Source of the DNA: a virus
Length of the DNA: 64,000 bases
IMG/VR virus record: IMGVR_UViG_3300048113_001121
Coordinates: 134,835 to 198,834 of that record
Reading direction: 5' to 3' (one strand)
In this document: piece after piece, positions 59,587 through 64,000 of the stretch
How positions within the stretch are numbered: position 1 is the stretch's first letter
Layout: each line of letters opens with the position of its first letter
Translations under genes and position numbers: made by a program
Notes under the pieces: model-generated
What the model was told of the DNA's origin: nothing
The model's input: the letters and a program-made list of their open reading frames with translations, nothing else
Database searches by the model: none

Positions 59587-60492
59587 TTATTTATTTAACT
59601 TTTCCATTATAACTCCTTTAATAAAGGAACTATCCAAGTTATATTTTTTTGATACTTGTTTTATGGCTTCTTTAACTATATTGTTTTCAAAGAACTCTAA
59701 AGCATTGATGTCACCCTGATTACAGTAAGGGAACTTCTTACACTTATCTTTTATTTTTACGTATTTACCTCCAGGTCCACCTAACTTTGGAAAGTTCTTA
59801 TCTTTAACTGACCTAAGTTTTGAATAAACATTCTTAGGCGTATCTATTTGTAATGGGTCCTTTTTTGGTCCTCCAAATGGTGCATCATAGGCTCCAACAG
59901 AAGATGAGGTTGTAGCCTCTTTGGATTCAATCTTCTCTAAGTTATTATAGTAGTTTAAATCCTCGTAAATGTGGTCCATCGCGATTTCAAAAGCTACCAT
60001 CATTTCAGTAGTATGTTCTAATTCAACATTAACACCCTTCTCTAAAGCGTCTATAATACTATCGACATCAACTTTGTGATGAGATGCCATATCTTCAATA
60101 CTCATACCATCAGATAAACCACCTTCTAATTTTTCTTCCTTAATTTTTCTTTTTTGAGGCTCACTAAATAAAGGTCCGACATAACCACCGGCTGAACCTG
60201 CACTAGTTGCTTCATTCGGTTCTTCTTTAGATGTCTCCATCTCATCATCTAAGTCTTTAGCTATTTTAGTTAATATTTTAGTTAAAGTATCACTAGTTAA
60301 TCCTTCAGTCTTACCTATTTGAGGTGACCATCCTTCATTACCATCTTCTTGCACCTCTTTTTTAAGTTTACTAGACGCATTCATAAAATCAGTAACTGAA
60401 TCACTATCACCATGAACGGTGTAATTTTTACCCATAGACGCAGTCATTGATTTACCTATCTCCTTTTTAAGTTGTTGTGAAACATTTTCCAT
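59587..60492 (-). CDS. putative head protein with duplicated EATxxxSxGxY motif and DUF5661-like segment
   Basis: EATSAGSAGGYVGPL and EATTSSSVGAYDAPF; GVNVELEHT..IAMDHIYEDLNYY. Confidence 0.55.
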   Translation of the reverse strand: MENVSQQLKKEIGKSMTASMGKNYTVHGDSDSVTDFMNASSKLKKEVQEDGNEGWSPQIGKTEGLTSDTLTKILTKIAKDLDDEMETSKEEPNEATSAGSAGGYVGPLFSEPQKRKIKEEKLEGGLSDGMSIEDMASHHKVDVDSIIDALEKGVNVELEHTTEMMVAFEIAMDHIYEDLNYYNNLEKIESKEATTSSSVGAYDAPFGGPKKDPLQIDTPKNVYSKLRSVKDKNFPKLGGPGGKYVKIKDKCKKFPYCNQGDINALEFFENNIVKEAIKQVSKKYNLDSSFIKGVIMEKLNK

Positions 60493-60740
60493 TATTTAAC
60501 ATTTTTTAGTCTTGGTTCCCAAAAACTTCTTTGAGTCCACATTATTTTATAAAATTCTTTCATAACCTTAGCAACTATTTCACTAACATCTTTGGTTATT
60601 TTACCTCTACGTATCTCATCTTGTATTTTCTCGATAATTTTTTTCTCAAACTGATTAATAGTCGTTGACCCAAGGAAGTCTTTTATTTCTTTCCTTATCA
60701 TTATCTCGATGTCGTTTTTGTCTGCCTGTGTTAGTGCCAT
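60492..60740 (-). CDS. hypothetical protein
   Basis: 82-aa ORF; TATTTAT at 60745-60751. Confidence 0.6.
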   Translation of the reverse strand: MALTQADKNDIEIMIRKEIKDFLGSTTINQFEKKIIEKIQDEIRRGKITKDVSEIVAKVMKEFYKIMWTQRSFWEPRLKNVK

Positions 60741-60751
60741 ATTAATAAATA

Positions 60752-61648
60752 TTAAAAAATCTTATAACCTACACTTATTCCTATGCCCCATGTAGGTTGA
60801 AACGAACCATCTATACTGTATAAACCGTATGATGGACCAATTAACATACCAAAACCCCTTCTACTTTTACGTTTTGGAGGTGACTGTATTATATTAGGTT
60901 TTATATCCATAAATTCTACACCATTAACGAATGGTATCTGTAAAATACTTGGAGGTATTGGGTTCCCATTATTATCTGTTGGTTGTACAACAACTCTTGT
61001 TAACCCATTTTCCATCTCCAGTTGAGATAGTGTAAGTGAAAAATTTAAATTGTGTTTTAGTTGAGATGATTTTCCGATTCCAAATCTATCCACTAACTCT
61101 AACTTCAATGAGTCTTTAAATGGTCTTAACTTAAACCAACTCTGGGTCTCAAGTGTATATATTTGGTTGGAATCTTTTATACCTAAACCGATATTACCAA
61201 CACTATCACGTTCAATGTTTGTCATAACGTCATTAGTGACTATCTCTGAACTCACATCAGTAACGTATATATTTTTAACCTCTACGTTTTCATCGAGTTT
61301 ATCGGCTAACTCTTGAATGTTTATTTTAGCGTCATTTAATTTTCTATCTAATAACTGTAATTCACCTTCTCTAACCCTTAAAAGTGATTTAACATAAACG
61401 TTATCCTCTTCAACAAACTCTACTGAATCTTTTAAATTTTCGATATTATTAAAGAAACGGTTTTTTTCATTTTCATATTCAACTTCTTTAATTTCTATTT
61501 CATTTTTTAATCCTTTAATGTTATCACATTGTTTAAACAATAAAACAATTAATAATGCAAAAATAACCCCTAAAAAAAACTTAGGGTTCTTCTTGATAAA
61601 ATCAAAAATACTATTAAAAACGTTTATGATACCAGTTAATGCAATCAT
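60752..61648 (-). CDS. membrane-anchored coiled-coil protein with C-terminal beta-hairpin (spanin-like candidate)
   Basis: N-terminal TM, long coiled coil, C-terminal GFGMLIGPSYG...WGIGISVGYKIF ending in an aromatic residue. Confidence 0.5.
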   Translation of the reverse strand: MIALTGIINVFNSIFDFIKKNPKFFLGVIFALLIVLLFKQCDNIKGLKNEIEIKEVEYENEKNRFFNNIENLKDSVEFVEEDNVYVKSLLRVREGELQLLDRKLNDAKINIQELADKLDENVEVKNIYVTDVSSEIVTNDVMTNIERDSVGNIGLGIKDSNQIYTLETQSWFKLRPFKDSLKLELVDRFGIGKSSQLKHNLNFSLTLSQLEMENGLTRVVVQPTDNNGNPIPPSILQIPFVNGVEFMDIKPNIIQSPPKRKSRRGFGMLIGPSYGLYSIDGSFQPTWGIGISVGYKIF

Positions 61649-62235
61649 ACCGCATCTATATTTTTTGTTTTCTTTCTTTGTGAAAGTACTTTAGCCCACT
61701 TAGCTTTAAATTTGTCATAGAAAGAGGTAAGTTTATTAATTAACTCCACTAAACCATCATCTAATTTAATCATATCTCCATTGATATATACTCCGTTGTC
61801 TTCGCCTATTGAAAAGTAAAATTCAACATCGTAGTCTATTACTTTACCTGACCAATCCACATTATTTGGATATAAATTTAATGTGCCGAAATCAGATAAA
61901 TCAGATACTTCATTTACAAATTCGTCCATAGTTTCTTGAAAAGATATTTTCTCATCTGTTGAGAGTTCTAGTTCTTGTTTGGTATTACCGTGTAAAGTAA
62001 TTAATCCACCAGACACTCTATATGATTTACTTTTATCTTCATCAGGGGTAGTTTGTACCTCAATTTCTTGTTCAGAATCTACCTCGATATTTGTCGCACC
62101 ATCATCTTCTATTTCTTGTTCACTAATAAGGCCGTTTTTTGTTAAAACTTTTCTTGACTCTGTAAGGTCATTTTTACCTAACATATTTCTAGATACATTC
62201 AGTAAATTCTTTAATTCATCGTATTGATTACTCAT
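61645..62235 (-). CDS. acidic hypothetical protein with L-x-E motifs
   Basis: LTESRK, LISEQ. Confidence 0.55.
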   Translation of the reverse strand: MSNQYDELKNLLNVSRNMLGKNDLTESRKVLTKNGLISEQEIEDDGATNIEVDSEQEIEVQTTPDEDKSKSYRVSGGLITLHGNTKQELELSTDEKISFQETMDEFVNEVSDLSDFGTLNLYPNNVDWSGKVIDYDVEFYFSIGEDNGVYINGDMIKLDDGLVELINKLTSFYDKFKAKWAKVLSQRKKTKNIDAV

Positions 62236-62827
62236 TTTCTATTTTTTTTATAAACTCTTCAAAGTTAAAAGATGGATTTAAATCGGTTCGTTCTCTATAG
62301 TAATTACTGTAAGACGCTATACCATGAAATTTCTCAATCTTATCCACTTTAACATTATGACCAATAAAGGTCGTAGGTATATTGAAGTCAGCACATAACT
62401 GATTAACTAATACAGATAAAGTTTCAATTTGTTTATCAGTGTAAGGTTGCCAAAAAAAGTAACCTCTCCACTTCCTCTCATATATCCTATCTTTATAAAT
62501 ATTACCAATCCAGTTAATGTAACCACCAACTAATGGGTTTTTACGTAACCACCCTAAATTTTCTAATGATATAACTATTGTAGATTTATTATGGGACTTT
62601 ACATCCATATAATTACTATAGGTTTCAGGTGGTATAATTTCATGTACCTCACCCTCTCTTGAAATCACATAATGAGGTAATTTATTATATTTACCACTCA
62701 TTCGATATCTAAGACTATTTAAATAATCTTTAGCGTTACGACCCGTATGTGTTAATAGTATTTGTTTCTTTTTTTTATAATTACCAATAGGTTTAAGTCC
62801 TATCAGTTTTTGAATTTTCACCGCCAT
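62228..62827 (-). CDS. N-acetylmuramoyl-L-alanine amidase (Amidase_2)
   Basis: ILLTHT, PHYVISREGEVHEI, VISLEN, YTDKQIETL, IGH, DLNP.F. Confidence 0.8.
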   Translation of the reverse strand: MAVKIQKLIGLKPIGNYKKKKQILLTHTGRNAKDYLNSLRYRMSGKYNKLPHYVISREGEVHEIIPPETYSNYMDVKSHNKSTIVISLENLGWLRKNPLVGGYINWIGNIYKDRIYERKWRGYFFWQPYTDKQIETLSVLVNQLCADFNIPTTFIGHNVKVDKIEKFHGIASYSNYYRERTDLNPSFNFEEFIKKIENE

Positions 62828-63998
62828 CTCTCCTTCTATATGTTAGAATACGTTTATTTGGTTGTGGAGTGACTTTATTATTCTCTTTTTTTTCTATATT
62901 CTCTGATTGTTCTTCTACGTCACTTTCCAAATCAATCACTTGTGATAATTTATCAATTTTTTTCAATAAATCATCAGTTATCACCATACTTTTTTCATTT
63001 TCAGTCTCTTTGGTGTCTATTTTACCTAATTCTTTTTCTAATCTACTTAGTAATTCGTCAGAAACCTCTAAAGGTTTGGGTTCATCATTAAGTAACTCTT
63101 TTTCAATTTTACCCGCCTCTTTTGATATTTCTATGGGATTACCTACTAAATTATCTTTTTCTGTATCCTCATTTTCATTTTTACGTTTTAATTGATTAAA
63201 CATGAAATTAGATGCAATTACTAATGAAATTGCTAATGGGTCAAATACAAAGATAATAATTAACAAAAGTACGTTAATTATAATATTCATAGGTTTACCT
63301 GTTAATTCACTTAAATATTTTAAAGGACCTAATTCACTTGCTATTTCAGCACTACTCTCAGTATCTAAAATTTTAATATCGATACCGTTAATTGAATCGG
63401 TAGCGGTCTCCAACCTAATAGATATTTTATCTCTTTGTGCCACCGCAGTATTTAACTCATTTTGTAATGCCTTTCTTGTACTTGAAGAAGTTGTGGTAAT
63501 TATTTGACCCGTTTCTTTATCTTTATACTGGATAATATTGTTAGATAGACCATCTCTAAGACTTGAAATACTTTTATCTAAGACCCCCTTTTCAGTCATT
63601 AAGTAATCTCTACTATCTATAAATCTATTTTTTCTAAGTTCTAAAACTTCAACTCTCTTATCAACAATACCCGACTTAGTCGCCGTCTCTTGATATGCCG
63701 CAGATAAGAATCCATAGATACCTGCAGAAGTAATAAGTACTAATATTATTGTAGCCAAAGTTAAGTAGAACCTTAACAATTTATTAATCTTACCCCAATA
63801 TTGATATAATAGTGATGCAATAACTAATTTAGAAACTTCTAATGATGACGCCATTACTATAACCTCAAAGGTCGCTCCCGCAAATAACTTACTAAGTCCT
63901 GATACTGAATAAAACGCAGCAGAAACACTCACAGACAAAGCCGAGAGTGCTACTACAGTAGGGAAAATACGTTTTTTAATTTCTTTTAAAATACCCAT
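62793..63998 (-). CDS. multi-pass membrane protein with long coiled coil
   Basis: three N-terminal TMs (SAAFYSVSGL, LEVSKLV), coiled coil, GPLKY, further TM (IIFVFDPLAI). Confidence 0.7.
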   Translation of the reverse strand: MGILKEIKKRIFPTVVALSALSVSVSAAFYSVSGLSKLFAGATFEVIVMASSLEVSKLVIASLLYQYWGKINKLLRFYLTLATIILVLITSAGIYGFLSAAYQETATKSGIVDKRVEVLELRKNRFIDSRDYLMTEKGVLDKSISSLRDGLSNNIIQYKDKETGQIITTTSSSTRKALQNELNTAVAQRDKISIRLETATDSINGIDIKILDTESSAEIASELGPLKYLSELTGKPMNIIINVLLLIIIFVFDPLAISLVIASNFMFNQLKRKNENEDTEKDNLVGNPIEISKEAGKIEKELLNDEPKPLEVSDELLSRLEKELGKIDTKETENEKSMVITDDLLKKIDKLSQVIDLESDVEEQSENIEKKENNKVTPQPNKRILTYRRRDGGENSKTDRT

Positions 63999-64000
63999 AA

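Noticed and set aside
1-64000. Giant eukaryotic virus origin (collagens, PLOD-like, GSII, DnaJ)
   Set aside because: Three peptidoglycan hydrolases, lipoboxes, Bacteroidetes promoters, intrinsic terminators and S74 chaperones indicate a bacteriophage
1-64000. Alternative genetic code
   Set aside because: ORFs pack tightly in code 11 and TAA, TAG and TGA all end credible genes

Overview
This 64 kb window is AT-rich, gene-dense and mostly minus-strand, and reads as part of a very large tailed-phage (jumbo phage) genome, probably infecting a Bacteroidota host. Support: canonical Bacteroidetes promoters (TTTG-N19/20-TAnnTTTG), no Shine-Dalgarno motifs noticed, three kinds of peptidoglycan hydrolase, and many proteins with prohead-protease-type I/L-x-E N-termini. 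It carries auxiliary metabolism genes (rfbC/rfbD, glyA, folA, thyA, GSII, sulfatase, carbamoyltransferase, Trx/Grx, DnaJ), two DNA methyltransferases and a ~900-nt structured ncRNA (GOLLD-like). Top finding: three tandem giant collagen genes (28.7-42.0 kb; ~1,100 Gly-X-Y residues each, very rich in Y-position Lys, each ending in an S74 chaperone) share the window with a gene (50355-51785) matching the glycosyltransferase plus accessory domains of animal procollagen lysyl-hydroxylase/glycosyltransferase (PLOD/LH3). This suggests a phage-encoded collagen glycosylation system. Other highlights: a GH7-like glycoside hydrolase lipoprotein beside a sulfatase, a degenerate MetK-like protein, a DHH-PGBD-GH19 fusion, and a candidate late promoter motif (TATTTAT). 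All family calls are motif recognition by eye; no database searches were run.
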